A program made the translations under genes and the position numbers. Below are positions 1 through 13,178 of a DNA stretch of 64,000 nucleotides, in pieces. This DNA is from Octopus vulgaris (Eukaryota). Every line of letters begins with the position of its first letter. The stretch's first letter is position 1. The notes below the pieces were generated by a model, which saw nothing but the letters and a program-made list of their open reading frames with translations, was not told the origin of the DNA and did not search any database. The DNA is taken from positions 109,864,001 through 109,928,000 of the forward strand of contig OX597817.1 in NCBI GenBank assembly GCA_951406725.2. The letters run 5' to 3'.

Positions 1-179
1 ATCAGTTTGCAAACACATAGCTCTGGATTCAATCCTACTGAACTTTATCTTCGGTAAACATCTTCTGCTGATGGTTTCAGAGTCAGATTAAAGTTTGGTT
101 GAGTATAACCTGTACGCGAGCGCGAGCTCATAGGACATACACACACAGCTGTTCGTGCGTGCGTGGGGGAGTCGCGTTA

Positions 180-300
180 TTGAAGATGCATGGCTTAATG
201 GTTAGAGTATTCGGCTCAAGATCGTAAGGTCATGATTTCGATTCCTGGAGGCGCGCTGTGTCCATGGGCATGACACTGCATTCTATGTTGTTTCAGTATC
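180..300 (+). mobile_element. SINE family C 5' fragment
   Basis: GCATGGCTTAATGGTTAGAGTATTCGGCTCAAGATCGTAAGGTCATGATTTCGATTCCTGG resembles the head of the copy at 32318. Confidence 0.65.
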
Positions 301-369
301 TTTGATCATGGAAAAAAACGACAACAACTCTAAAATTGAACTCAGATCCCTTCCTGGTGATAAATGAAT

Positions 370-772
370 CTTTTATGTATTACTTGTTTCAGTCATCAGA
401 CTGCGATCATGCTGGGGCACCACATTGAAGGATTTTAGTCGAACGAATCGACCCCAGTACCATTTTTCTTTAAAACCTAGTACCTATTACATCGGTCTCT
501 TTTGCCGAACCTTTAAGTTACGGGGACGTTATCACACCAACACCGGTTGTCAAGCGGTAATAAGGGACAATCACGGACACAAAAGCACACACACACACAC
601 ACACATATATATATACGATGGGCTTCTTTCTTTTTGCATCTACTAAATCCGCTCACAATGCTTTGGTCGGCCCGATGTTATAGTAAAAGACACTTGTTCA
701 AGGTGCCACGCTGTGGGACTGAAGCCGGAAACGTTGTTGGGAAGCAAACGTCCTACCACACAGCCACACCTG
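370..772 (-). mobile_element. SINE family A (tRNA-derived head, internal (TA)/(TG) microsatellite)
   Basis: Reverse complement carries an A-box/B-box-like head (GGCTGTGTGGTAGGA...GGCTTCAGTCCCACAGCGTGGCACCTTG), body GAAGCCCATCG+(TA)(TG)n and 3' end CAGCATGATCGCAGTC..TGACTGAAACAAGTAA; collinear with more than 10 other copies in the window. Confidence 0.9.
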
Positions 773-1578
773 ACGAAGACTGTCGTTACATTATACCCGA
801 GGAGATAACGTTTCGTTTTATTAAAACTCAATTCAGCGGTGGTGCCTTACAACAATAAGACGAAGAAAAAAACCAAGAATGAACGAAATGATGTATGAAT
901 ACATACTAAGGAGAGAGATATAAACATCCGAATATGCTGCCGACAGAAACATCAAGTAAATGATTTTATAAACTAACGTTAACACATTGAATCCTTAAAA
1001 AATGCAGCCTGAGCTAAGAAGTCGACAAAAGGAAGCCGTTTCATTACTGAAAACTTGAAAACTGGAAAGCAACGGATGTGAAGTTGTCTCTTTAGATATT
1101 TCATATGAAAATAAAAGAAAAACATTATCAATGATATATTATATGTGTATATATGTGTGTGTGCACGTGTGTTCACATGCATATGTGTGTGTGTATACAC
1201 ACAGATATATGTAGATGTAATTATGATTATTTTTGTGTATATATATGTGTGCGTATATATATATATGTATACACACATGTGTAGATGTGGTTATTTGTGT
1301 GTATGTATATATATATACGTGTGTGTGTATATATATATGTGTGTATATATGTATATATGTAAATATGTATGTACATATGTATGTATACACACACACGTGT
1401 GTAGATGGGATTTTTTGTGTGTATATAGGTAATGCTTTCATACATGCATATGTACATATGTATGTGCAGGTATAAATATATAATCCATGTGTACGTGAGT
1501 GTATGTGTATACGTATGTATATATGTGTGTGAGAGTATTAGAGTGTGCTTACAAGATTTGATATTTGATATCAATAAT

Positions 1579-1790
1579 AAGGTGGCGAGCTGGCAGTACC
1601 GTTAGCACGCCGGGCAAAACGCCTAGCGATATTTCGTTCTTTTCTACGTTGCGAGACCAAATTCCGCCAAGTTCGACTTTGCTTTTCATCATTTCGGGGT
1701 CGATTAAAGAAGTACCAGTTGAACACTGAGGTCGATGTCATCGACTTAGCCGCTCCATCCGAAGTTACTAACCTTATGGCAAAATTTGAT
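1579..1790 (+). mobile_element. SINE family B (tRNA head + Deu/Nin-like core)
   Basis: GGTGGCGAGCTGGCAGTACCGTTAGCACGCCGGGC head followed by CTTTGCTTTTCATCATTTCGGGGTCGATTAAAGAAGTACCAGT, resembling the Deu/Nin SINE domain. Confidence 0.88.
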
Positions 1791-2005
1791 ATATACATGC
1801 TGCTGTTCTGTGTCTTTCTGCCCCTCTCTCTACACGCACATATACACACATGTCTATGTCTATAAATATGTGTGTGTATGTCTATATGCATTTATTAAGT
1901 TTATATATGTATGTATATATGCATATTTATCTATTTATTTATATATATATGTATGTATACATATATTTATATTTGTATATAATTGCATGTGTCTGTGTGA
2001 ATGAA

Positions 2006-2059
<54 letters not shown>

Positions 2060-2540
2060 AATGTATGTATGTGTAAGCATATATTGTGAGTGTACGTTTA
2101 AATATATCTATAATATACTGTTGAACATACAACATATATCTGTCGTCAAATTTCATGGCAGTCTAATCTTGACGTACATCAAAAGAAACAAGACATTGGA
2201 AGAGACAATAAAATTGTCAGTTGGAAGATGACATCTATTTCTTAGACTTTCTAATAACACACTTCCGCCTTTCTGTCTCACTGTAATATGTCCTATGTTA
2301 ATTTTTTTGTGACATCCTTATAACATTCTTCCGCTGGCAGATTGAATACAGTCGCAAGCCATCTCCAAACTGGTGGCTAATATCACGTTCCATAGTTTCA
2401 CGTCTCAGACGATTTGACATAAATGTTGCTTAAGTAATTGGCATCATGTAACCTATTATCTTCTGTTAATGAAATGTACGGAAGATGGCTTAATTAAATA
2501 ACATTTAACTGATCTCTCTCTCTCTCTCTCTCCCTAATAT

Positions 2541-2834
2541 TATTTGTTCCTTCTCGGGCCATGCCTGGCTCATATAGCCGGTTTCCCGGTTTCCTTGGCG
2601 TATAGGTTCCCCACCTGGACGTGAGGTCTGTCCGTCGCTGCAAGATGCAGGAGGAAAGAGTGAGAGAAAGTTGTGGCGAAAGAGTCAGCAGAAGTTCGCC
2701 AATACCTTCTGCCGGAGCCGCGTGGAGCTTAGGTGTTTCGCTCATAAACACACACATCACCCGGTCTGAGATTCGAACCCGCGATCCCTCGACTGCGAGT
2801 CCGCTGCTCTAACCACTAGGCCATGTGCCTCCAC
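2541..2834 (-). mobile_element. SINE family D, full length, 13-bp TSD
   Basis: Minus strand: GGAGGCACATGGCCTAGTGGTTAGAGCAGCGGACTCGCAGTCGAGGGATCGCGGGTTCGAATCTC (clear A and B boxes); tail GAAACCGGGAAACCGG..ATGAGCC shared with family C; TSD CTCTCYCTAATAT at 2528-2540 and 2835-2847. Confidence 0.9.
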
Positions 2835-3074
2835 CTCTCTCTAATATGGCGTAGATATTTAAAAAAAGCCAGGCTAGTACTGAGGTCGATAGAATAGACC
2901 TACCTAAATCAAAACCACGATATTAACGTTAATTTCACGATATCAACATAAATATATCTTAGACAAAACTTCATCATGCATAAACAAAACGATAATAAGT
3001 TTCAGTGAATTGTTTTAATTCACGATAATGAATGTTTTTGTAAATTGTTTTCTAATTCCACAATTGCTGTATAT

Positions 3075-3420
3075 TCTTTATATTTTACTTGTTTCAGTCA
3101 TTAGACTGCGATCATGCTGGGGTACCACCTTGAAGAATTTTTAGTCAAATGAATCAGCCATAGTACCTAAGCCTGGTACTTATTCTATCGGGCTATTTTA
3201 TCGATCCGCTTAGTTGCGGGGACATAAACATATATTTACACGTGCGCGCCTACATATGCGATGGGCTTCTATCAGTTTTCGTCTATCAAATCCACTCACT
3301 AAGCTTTTGTTGGCCCTAGGCTATAGTAGAAGACACTTGTCCACGGTGACCACGCACGCATCGGGATTGAACCCGGAACCATGTAGTTAGGAAGCAAACT
3401 TCTTACCACATAGCCAATCT
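3075..3420 (-). mobile_element. SINE family A
   Basis: Collinear with family A (TACTTGTTTCAGTCATTAGACTGCG...GAACCCGGAACCATGT...CTTACCACATAGCCA). Confidence 0.88.
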
Positions 3421-3490
3421 TTGCTTGAAAACTCATTCTGGTTCGAGAATGACACCTGACGGTCAGAGATATGGCACTTGTTATAATACA

Positions 3491-3802
<312 letters not shown>

Positions 3803-4183
3803 TTAAAAAATACATTTAGATTTTTAAGGCATTAAGTCTACAGTCAGTTTCCATGCCATTGTTGTATTGCTTTCACCGGTCTTCCGCCTCTATAGAACAT
3901 CAAGTCACAAATTTAACAACTACAAGTTGGGCCACAAGTCGTTGACATCATGAAGAAAGAGGATGCGTATTTGAAATTCGAGAATGATTCACATACTTCC
4001 TCTCACTTCATTTTATCAAATAAGTACCATTTAAATAGTTTATTTGTATAAAACAACAATATTTACTAATTTTTGCCATTGACATCACGCAAAATTTCAA
4101 AATGAAGAAGCTAGGTTAATGCTTGTAAATATCTTTAAATTGTGTATACTTAAAATCATAACTTAATGCATAGCTTGTTACTC

Positions 4184-4322
4184 CTTCTTCTTCTTCTTCT
4201 TCTTCTTCTTCTTCTTCTTCTTCTTCTTCTTCTTCTTCTTCTTCTTCTTCTTCTTCTTCTTCTTCTTCTTCTTCTTCTTCTTCTTCTTCTTCTTCTTCTT
4301 CTTCTTCTTCTTCTTCTTCTTT
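4184..4322. repeat. (TTC)n microsatellite
   Basis: Pure TTC run; source of the poly-E ORF. Confidence 0.98.
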
Positions 4323-4708
4323 TTTCTTGGGATTTTCTCTCGTAATAAACATTGAGTTAAATGTGATACTTTACATTATTAGACAGTTGTAGAACAGTCG
4401 ATCTTCTTGTTGCAAGGTCGCTACAATATATGATTTGAAAGTGAAAGTTACGGAGTGTGAGTTTATAGCAATAAAACTCAGAATGTGAGATATACTTAAC
4501 TGAAATTTCACTAGACGCACCTGTTCCTTTCTGTTTTATACGCTAAGCTAATGCTCGTCAATGCGACATATAGTTTATATATAAAACTTTCACTGTTGAC
4601 GTATAACCTGTTTTAGATAGAGACACAGACAGACGGACGGACGGACAGACAGACAGACAGACAGAGAGAGAGGCAGACAGGCAGTCAGGCAGACAGACAG
4701 ATAGATAT

Positions 4709-5030
4709 GTTTCTTTATTAGCCACATAGGGCTGCACACAGACAGGACAAATTACAAGGTAGAGCTTTTCTTTTGGGGGTAAAAAAAGGGGGTTTGGTTT
4801 TCGATCAAAAGGGATCGTAAAAGGGAAGAAAGAGGACAAAAAAGGAGGGTGGATAAACATTTTTTTAAAAAAAGGGGGAAAGGAAAAAAATTGATCAATA
4901 GGGATCGTTATCACAGAAATGTCAATATAAAGTGTAAAGGGGAGGACAGGTGAGGTTTACCCGTGGAAAGAAAAGCCTACGGAAAAGGCCACGGTAACCT
5001 CGGTCAATGAAGTCACATGTTATTTTTTTT
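4709..5030 (-). mobile_element. Tx1/L1-clade LINE 3' UTR fragment inserted in a (GACA)/(GATA)n tract
   Basis: Close match to 10789-11125 (TTTCTTTATT.GC.ACA.AGGGCTGCACACAGA..GGACAAATTACAAGGTAGAGCTTTTC...CACGGTAACCTCGGTCAAT); flanked by GACA/GATA repeats on both sides. Confidence 0.9.
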
Positions 5031-5492
5031 TAGATAGATAGATAGATAGATAGATATACGTATGAATATATACATGCAAGTGTATATATAGAGAGTTAAA
5101 AAGCATATGTGGAATTCTTTCATATAGAATGATGACTAATGTATTGAGGTAAAACAAAGCAGTGTCTGTATTTATATGTTAATATCTACGCAACAAACTA
5201 CCTATCTATATATTTGACCATTGTGTCTAACTCTTTATAATTGTCAGTCCGTCAGCCTAGTTAGTTGTGCAGTAATATATGTATGTACATGCATATGACT
5301 ATATCTATAAATCGATTTATCTATTCGTATAAAGTATGGATACGCAAATCTATTATCACAAATATCTATATATATCTGCTTTTCTGTTAATCTACTTATC
5401 TCTCTAGTTGTGTATTTTTCCCTAACACACTTCTTATATCGTTCTATCCCCCTGTCAATGAACGCATTAATGTATGCGTATACATACATAAA

Positions 5493-5839
5493 TCGACCCC
5501 AGGACTTATTCTTTGTAAGCCTAGTACTTATTCTGTCGGTCTCTTTTGCCGAACCGCTAAGTTACGGGGACGTAAACACACCAACATCAGTCGTCAAGCG
5601 AAGTTGGGGGGGGGAGACAAACACAGACACACAAACACACAAACACACACACAAAATATATATATATATACATATATACGACGGGCTTCTTTCAGTTTCC
5701 GTCTACTAAATCCACTCACAAGGCTTTAGTCAGCCCGAGGCTACAGTAGAAGACACTTGCCCAGGGTGCCACGCAGTGGGACTGAACCCGGAACCAGGTG
5801 GTTGGTAAGCCAGCTACTTACCACATAGCCACTCCTGCG

Positions 5840-5842
<3 letters not shown>
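5493..5842 (-). mobile_element. SINE family A, young copy lacking the extreme 3' end
   Basis: Near-consensus: GGCGCAGGAGTGGCTATGTGGTAAGTAGCTGGCTTACC...GGGTTCAGTCCCACTGCGTGGCACC on the minus strand. Confidence 0.92.
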
Positions 5843-5935
<93 letters not shown>

Positions 5936-6454
5936 ATGATACACATGTTGTATAACTCTATATATCCACATTACAACTGTCAATAATATATACCTAACTG
6001 AAAACGTTGGTTCTGCATGAGAAGCAAGAATTGGAACAGCTATCAAAAGGACTTTAGTAATAATAATTCGAATTATGTTTTCCCATGTTTTCTCTTTGTC
6101 CCTACTATTCTCTCCTTCCCTATCTCCCGCTCCTTATCCCTCCTTCCATTTTTCTCTTTCTCCTTCTCTATCACTCTCTCTCTCACTCTCTCTTTCTCTC
6201 CCTCCATCTATCTATCTATCTACCTACCTATTTCTATTTCTCTCGTGAATATTTTCTCATTCAGCTTCAATATGCGATCATATAATACATGTGTGTGCAT
6301 GTTCGCATACGTAAGTGCGTCTTACTGTAGACGTTCAACGAATAAAGAAGCAAAAATTTCACGTCTCTTTAATTAAATGAGCAGCATATTTCCCTCCAGA
6401 GTATGCTTACAATGCTCAAATGCTATACATCTTCCTTCTTCAATGTCTACAGAT

Positions 6455-6532
<78 letters not shown>

Positions 6533-6693
6533 GATGTGTGTATGCGTGTTTGTGTGCGTGCGTATGTGTGTACGTGTGTTTATGTGTGTGGCGGGGTTTA
6601 TGTGTATATATATTATGCACACACATATACACATATATATTTATGTATATGTATACTTCAACTTGTGAATGAAAGCATGCATGCATATGCATA

Positions 6694-6814
<121 letters not shown>

Positions 6815-8009
6815 ACATATATATATACATACATATATATATATTAATAAATATGTATACATAATATACATATATAAATATATAATATATATATGTATAT
6901 ATACACACTCACACACATATACACGTATATATATATATATATATATATATTAAGTTATTAATTTCTGCTTCTATATTTCATCGACGACGCTGATTAGCAC
7001 CATTTTGTTTCATTATTTCTGCTCCACTGCCGCACATTTTAGTAAATGATGTTTTAATTTTACTTTTGTTTCCTAATTTTCATGTATTCAATTTTCAAAT
7101 ATTCTTCGTTTTATTCATTTATTAGGAGTGCACTTCATTTAATGTAAAAGTGCAGTATAGTCGAACGTTTGTCATGTGATGTAATTCATATCAATTTGCT
7201 TGCATCTGCAACTGACTTCTCTAAAATGTTTAGTGGGGGAGGGGCTTTCATTGTTTGCTTTTATAAATTACACTGTGTAACACAATTTAGGGGTAGCAAC
7301 TGTTATCTCCTATTTGCTTACCCCGAGAATGTGTGAAAAATGGCTAACATTTTCTTCAAATTTTGCACGATATTTATCTCGCTCAGCACATGAGTATGAT
7401 GCTCCCCAACTAATCCTGCTCATGATCAGAGATGCATATATTGGTAACTATTTAGGGACATGCTTGAGTGGTTTAGATCAAGTATCAGTCAGGCAAATTT
7501 GTGGTACTGAGCAGAATATTTGCTATAACAATATTTCTGCTTCAGTATATCAGCGCTGAATGTGTCTGTAATGTAATGGAAAATGGGTCAGTTTCAAAAC
7601 ATCGATGTCCAAGTTAAAAAAGCAAAGCTTGAAGGGAATAGTAACCATTTCCTTTAATTTCTAGCAAGTAGGAAATAACTCTTGCTGGCCAATGACAAAA
7701 AAAAAAGATACAAATCCTGTTACAATGTTAATTGTTCCCCTGATTTTCCGTAGAATATACACCTGGCGGTCGATAGTAGCCCCCAACTTACAGTTACATA
7801 ATCCTCAATCAATTTACAAAGACATACTTTTGTCTATACGCTAACTAAATTAACACCTTTTGCTAAAACAATCCACAATACTGTACGATTTTCAAAACAA
7901 ACATACCACGCGCTTGTGTGTATGTTTGATGCGTATGTGTGTACATGTGGGTGTATAGAGAAAAGGGAAAAGGAAAGTGAGACAAGAGGAGTTGTTTGGT
8001 TTATATATA

Positions 8010-9100
8010 GGCGCAGGCATGGCTTTGTGGTAAGAAGTTTGCTTCTCAATCTGATTCTGTACCGGATTCAGTACCACTGCATGGTAACTTGGGCAAGTAT
8101 CTTCTACTATAGACCTGGACCGAAAAAATGTTTTGTAAGTGGATTTCGCAGGCAGAAACTGAAAGAATTCCGTAGTATATATATCTATATATACTTATAT
8201 GTGTACGTCATTGTTCAGTTTTATTTCAAGATTTCTTGCCAATAGAGAAAGAGCCGGTTTCTAACCTAGATCCATGGCGCCTTCATCAGAATTTCAACAT
8301 CAACAACATGGTATTTTTTTGTATGTATGTATGTATGTATGTATGTATGTATGCATGTATGTATGTATGTATGTATGTATGTATGTATGTATGTATGTAT
8401 GTATGTATGTATCTATGTATGCAGATTTGTATGTTTGCTTTATGTATGTATTCTCATGCATATAATTGCACATCTAGACATGCTCATATATATTTAAATG
8501 ATAAACTTTTGGAAAATTTTACTGATTGTTACAGTTCCAGTGATGGATTGGATCTGCAATCTTCGTATTAGCTTTCTTCTTTCTGGTTTTGAGAAGCCTA
8601 ATTTCTCAAGGTTGATATTTAGACAGTGTGTTACATATCCTAGGGCCCCAGTAATTACAGGTATAAACCTAAACTTGTAATCTGGATAAAGTAACTGCAG
8701 ATTTCTCAACAGTTCAGCGTTGCTATTCTCTTTTTCATTGATCTTCAGCTTTATGTTAACATCCGCTGGGCTGCTAATTTCCACAACTGTACACAGTTTC
8801 TCTTCTCTATCCCAAATCATTATATCAGGTCAATTGTGCTTACATTTTATTGAGGTCATTATGTATGTATGTATGTATGTGTGTATGTATGTATGTACCT
8901 ATGTGCGTGTGTATTTGTGTGTGTATTTGTCCAGTACCATCCCTTGGCAGCCGGCGTAAGCTAGCGGTTCGACAAAAGAGACAATAAAATAACCGCCAGG
9001 CTTTTAAAGATTACAGGATCAATTTGTTCGACTAAACCCTTCAAAGTGGTGTCCTAGCATGACCGCACTCCAATGACTGAAACAAGTAAAAGATAAAAGA
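8010..9100 (+). mobile_element. SINE family A split by an R4/Dong-like LINE insertion
   Basis: Head 8010-8175 (GGCGCAGGCATGGCTTTGTGGTAAGAAG...GAAACTGAAAGAA); tail resumes about 8905-9100 (TAGCGGTTCGACAAAAGAGAC...AATGACTGAAACAAGTAAAAGA). Confidence 0.85.
8205..8860 (-). mobile_element. 5'-truncated R4/Dong-like non-LTR retrotransposon (RLE domain + 3' UTR)
   Basis: Translation CKHN*PDIMIWDREEKLCTVVEISSPADVNIKLKINEKEN..AELLRNLQLLYPDYKFRFIPVITGALG is a PD-(D/E)xK restriction-like endonuclease; the R of RPD is mutated to a stop. The 3' UTR contains (CATA)n and ends AATAAAACTGAACAATGAC. Confidence 0.85.
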
Positions 9101-9253
9101 TTATCAAAAACAACACGCCTAAATTAAATGTTGATTCCAACTTTACGGTAACTTCTTTTGTATATCATTACTATTTTCCGTGCAATCAGCTTCTTTGAAC
9201 GACTATATTCGTTAGCAATCTGAAAATAATATGCGTAGAGAGATGGGTATAGT

Positions 9254-9374
<121 letters not shown>

Positions 9375-10263
9375 TTGGGTACAGAGAGAGAGATGATACA
9401 TTAAACATGTACGACCTTTCACAAGGGTGAAGCAACTAAGTTTATACTCACTGTTCCAAGACAGTAATTATGTTTCCAAAGGTCAAGCTGCATTTCGCAA
9501 GAAACCATCTGCTGGAATTGCCATAAAAGTTCGAAATTTCTGAAATGATTTCCAAGAATTTTATCACAGCTATAACTTCACATCGTTATTCGGAAGCTTC
9601 TTCGTTGATTAAAGTTAATAAAGCTACAATGTTGCGGCCGTAACTTTTAACACATACGTGCGTACATACATGCGTATATATACAAGTTATCATATATATG
9701 TGTGTGTATGTGTGTGTGTGCGAGTGTGCGATTTTGTGTGTGTGTGTGTTTATATATATATATGTAAAAAAGAAGTTTGAAAACGCCACTATATTAGATA
9801 AATTTTAATTTTCTTATGAATTTTACATGTTTCGATTCTTGAAAAAACGAACCTTATCAAAAATATTATACAAAATGAAAATTGAAAAGCTCATAATCGT
9901 TTCTTACTGTTCTCAATAGAATCCATGTGGTGGCGTTTTGTCGGTAGTTGGTATAATCGCTATATTCCTGTTGAGTGTATTGAAGAAGTCCATTCTTGCT
10001 GGTATTAAAAGGAACCGCTTTTTTGTTACCTTGTGTTCCAATGGTAGCAACAGTAGTGATTGTTGGTCGTAGTAGTTGGTCGTAATTTTGGCAACCTAGT
10101 GGTGGTTGGGGTTAGTAGTAGAGGACTGTTGATCGAAGCAGCAAAAGTTGTGGGTTCACTGGCACTGTTCACTGACGTCAAATAATTCCAAACCAATCAA
10201 AACCAAACTTCAACGAATACAAGGTAAAGACCCCCAACTGTATCCTGTAAGGATACAGTTGGG

Positions 10264-10432
10264 AGTGGTGGCGAACCCTGCTGTACTCTTTCACCACAAC
10301 TTTCTCTCACTCTTTCTTCCTGTTTCTCTTGTACCTGTATTTCAAAGGGCCAGCCCTGTCACACACTCTGTCACGCTGAATTTCACCGAGAACTACGTTA
10401 AGGTTACACGTGTCTGTGGAGTGCTCAGCTAC
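10264..10432 (+). mobile_element. Internal fragment of a SINE related to family D
   Basis: GGCGAACCCTGCTGTACTCTTTCACCACAACTTTCTCTCACTCTTTC matches the body of 2541-2834. Confidence 0.7.
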
Positions 10433-10530
10433 AGATTAGGAATGACCTGGGACCATTGATGCCCGTTGTGCTGAATGCAGTGGAAGATCTAAGAGCTAAG
10501 GGCGCAGCTTGATTTTCTATGAATATGTCT

Positions 10531-10616
<86 letters not shown>

Positions 10617-10788
10617 GCATATATGTATGTATTATGTATGTATGCATGCATGTATGTATGTATGTATGTATGTATGTATGTATGTATGTATGTATGTATG
10701 TATGTATGTATGTATGAATGTATAAAAGGTTAAGAGGTTTGATGCAACTAAGAAAATGACTCTCTCCAGACACAATAGTATATAGATA

Positions 10789-12129
10789 AGTTTCTTTATT
10801 GGCTACACAGGGCTGCACACAGATGGGACAAATTACAAGGTAGAGCTTTTCTTTTGGGGGATGAAAAAAAAAAGTGGCGTAGGTTTTCGATCAAAATGGA
10901 TTGTGAAAGAGAAAAAGGAAAAAAAGAAAAAAAAGGAAAAGAAACAAATGAAAGAAAAAAGAAAAAAGAAGAAAAAAGAGGAAAAAAGGGGAAGAGGAAA
11001 AAAAACGATCAATAGGGATCGTGTATCACAGTGTCATGAAGTACGGTGTAAAGGGGAAAGCAGATAAGGTTTATCCGTGGGAAGAAAAGCCTACGAAAAA
11101 GACCACGGTAACCTCGGTCAATATTGTTATATGTTACCACATTTGTTTGCAAGTGGGTAACTCTCTGTTTTCAATTTCTGGGTTCATAGGATTATGCTCA
11201 AGGTGACTTCGTCATTCATACGTGCCATCCTTGCTACAATCACCCATCTTTTTTTTAAAACATTCGCTAGACAAAACTTGCCTCTCTAGTCTCACTTTCC
11301 TTTTCAAGTGGTACTTGAAGAAGTTGATGAGAGATTGACCAGAGAGGAAAGTGTTTGTCTCCAATCCTTTCAGACACGTCCACCAGATACATTCTTTCGT
11401 CATAGCCACAAGGATGATGAAAATAGCTCTTCCTTCCCGTTTGAAGGAAGGAGGCGTGACAATATTGACGATAGACTCAGCTGATAAACCGACTCGTCCC
11501 ACACGTGACAGCAGTTGTTCGACATAAGCCCTACAGGTCGGAAATTGTTGGACACTGCACGAGTGCGTGCAGAACGGTTTCGTCGCTCTGACTGCATCTC
11601 GGGCAGGTCGGCCCCGTGTTTCTCGAGCCGTGTCTGTAGAGCTTATCCCGAACGGGTAGCGCTTCTCGGTAGCACTGCCAGGCCAGGGATCTCTGGAAGT
11701 TGTCCATGGACCCTGGCCCGAAAGTCGTCCCGAACAGGCGGGTCAGGTATTCCTCGTCGACGTCCAGGTTCGCACCGAGCTCGTCGTCGTGCCTCCCCTC
11801 CACTAATCCCCTATAGAATGCTTGGGTTGTGATGGAGTCAATCAGGGTCGACCCGGGACGGCAGAGTTGCTTGAGAGCAACGCGACACTCGCGGTGCCAT
11901 TCGCCCTTCCCTGGCATCTTTTTGATCCACGACTGCAGTTTGGTCATGGAGACTAGCTGCGGGAAAGCGCGACTCACAAACGGTGACCACACCTGTTCAC
12001 CGTCGTCTACGAAGAGCCTGAGATGTTGCAGTCTCAGCGCGTGTCTGCGCATCATCAACCACGGCATGCCCAGTCCTCCTTTTAACGGGTTTTGACAGCA
12101 AATGGATCGCCTGACCATCGGGACGCATC
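10789..12129 (-). mobile_element. 5'-truncated Tx1/L1-clade LINE (ORF2 C-terminus + 3' UTR) with 16-bp TSD
   Basis: ORF 11531-12118 has KGGLG and zf-RVT-type AW...LPVRDKL..CPRC...DETVLHALVQCP motifs and continues past a stop into 11212-11502. Perfect TSD CAATAGTATATAGATA at 10773-10788 and 12130-12145. Confidence 0.93.
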
Positions 12130-12138
12130 CAATAGTAT

Positions 12139-12139
<1 letters not shown>

Positions 12140-12214
<75 letters not shown>

Positions 12215-12215
12215 T

Positions 12216-12289
<74 letters not shown>
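12140..12289. repeat. (GATA)n microsatellite
   Basis: Directly visible. Similar tracts at 6452-6533, 9297-9373, 10530-10616, 12909-12994 and 17874-18040. Confidence 0.97.
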
Positions 12290-12908
12290 TAAATATATTC
12301 TGTTAGATATTTCGGCGATTGAATAATAGAGTTTGAAGTGTTGAGAATGTAGCTTTCTCTGGAAGTGAGAATGAATACATTAAACCAACTTCAAATCGGA
12401 AAGGATTCAACCGAAACCGTGAACCCGTTGTAATATACAGAGCGATTTTTAGAACAAAGAAAAGAAACGAAAACAAAAAAAAATTACAACCAGCATTATC
12501 TCTGAATCTTCAATAAGTTCAAGGTAAAAATCATGCATACGTAGTGATTTATGAAAAGAATGTATAAATCTTTGTTGTTTTGTGTAGAAGACATAACTTA
12601 ATATTACCACACACACACACACATACACACACATACACACACACACACAAACGCACACGCACACACACACACACACACACATACATGCACATACAAATAC
12701 ACACACGATAATCGTATTTCTAATTCTCTATTCATCACGAGTGCTTAAACTTTGAGGTGTTTTTTAACATCAACAAAGCTTATCTCCCTCATTTTACACG
12801 GTTTCGATTTGCTTGGTGACTCACAGAGTCAATCTACCGTGTAAACCGAAAGACAACTATGTGAGTGTATATATAAGTGTATGTGTGTAAACATATATGT
12901 ATGCATGT

Positions 12909-12991
<83 letters not shown>

Positions 12992-13102
12992 GATACATAC
13001 ATACATACATACATGCATACATACGTACATACATATGTATTATGCATATGTGTATATGCACATATACGTGCATGTATACATAAATGCCATACACAAGCAC
13101 TC

Positions 13103-13178
<76 letters not shown>

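Noticed and set aside
2760-2834. tRNA gene (also similar heads at 32320 and 5780-5840)
   Set aside because: A and B boxes are present, but I could not build a complete acceptor stem and there is no T-run terminator; the heads continue into SINE bodies, two of them with TSDs.
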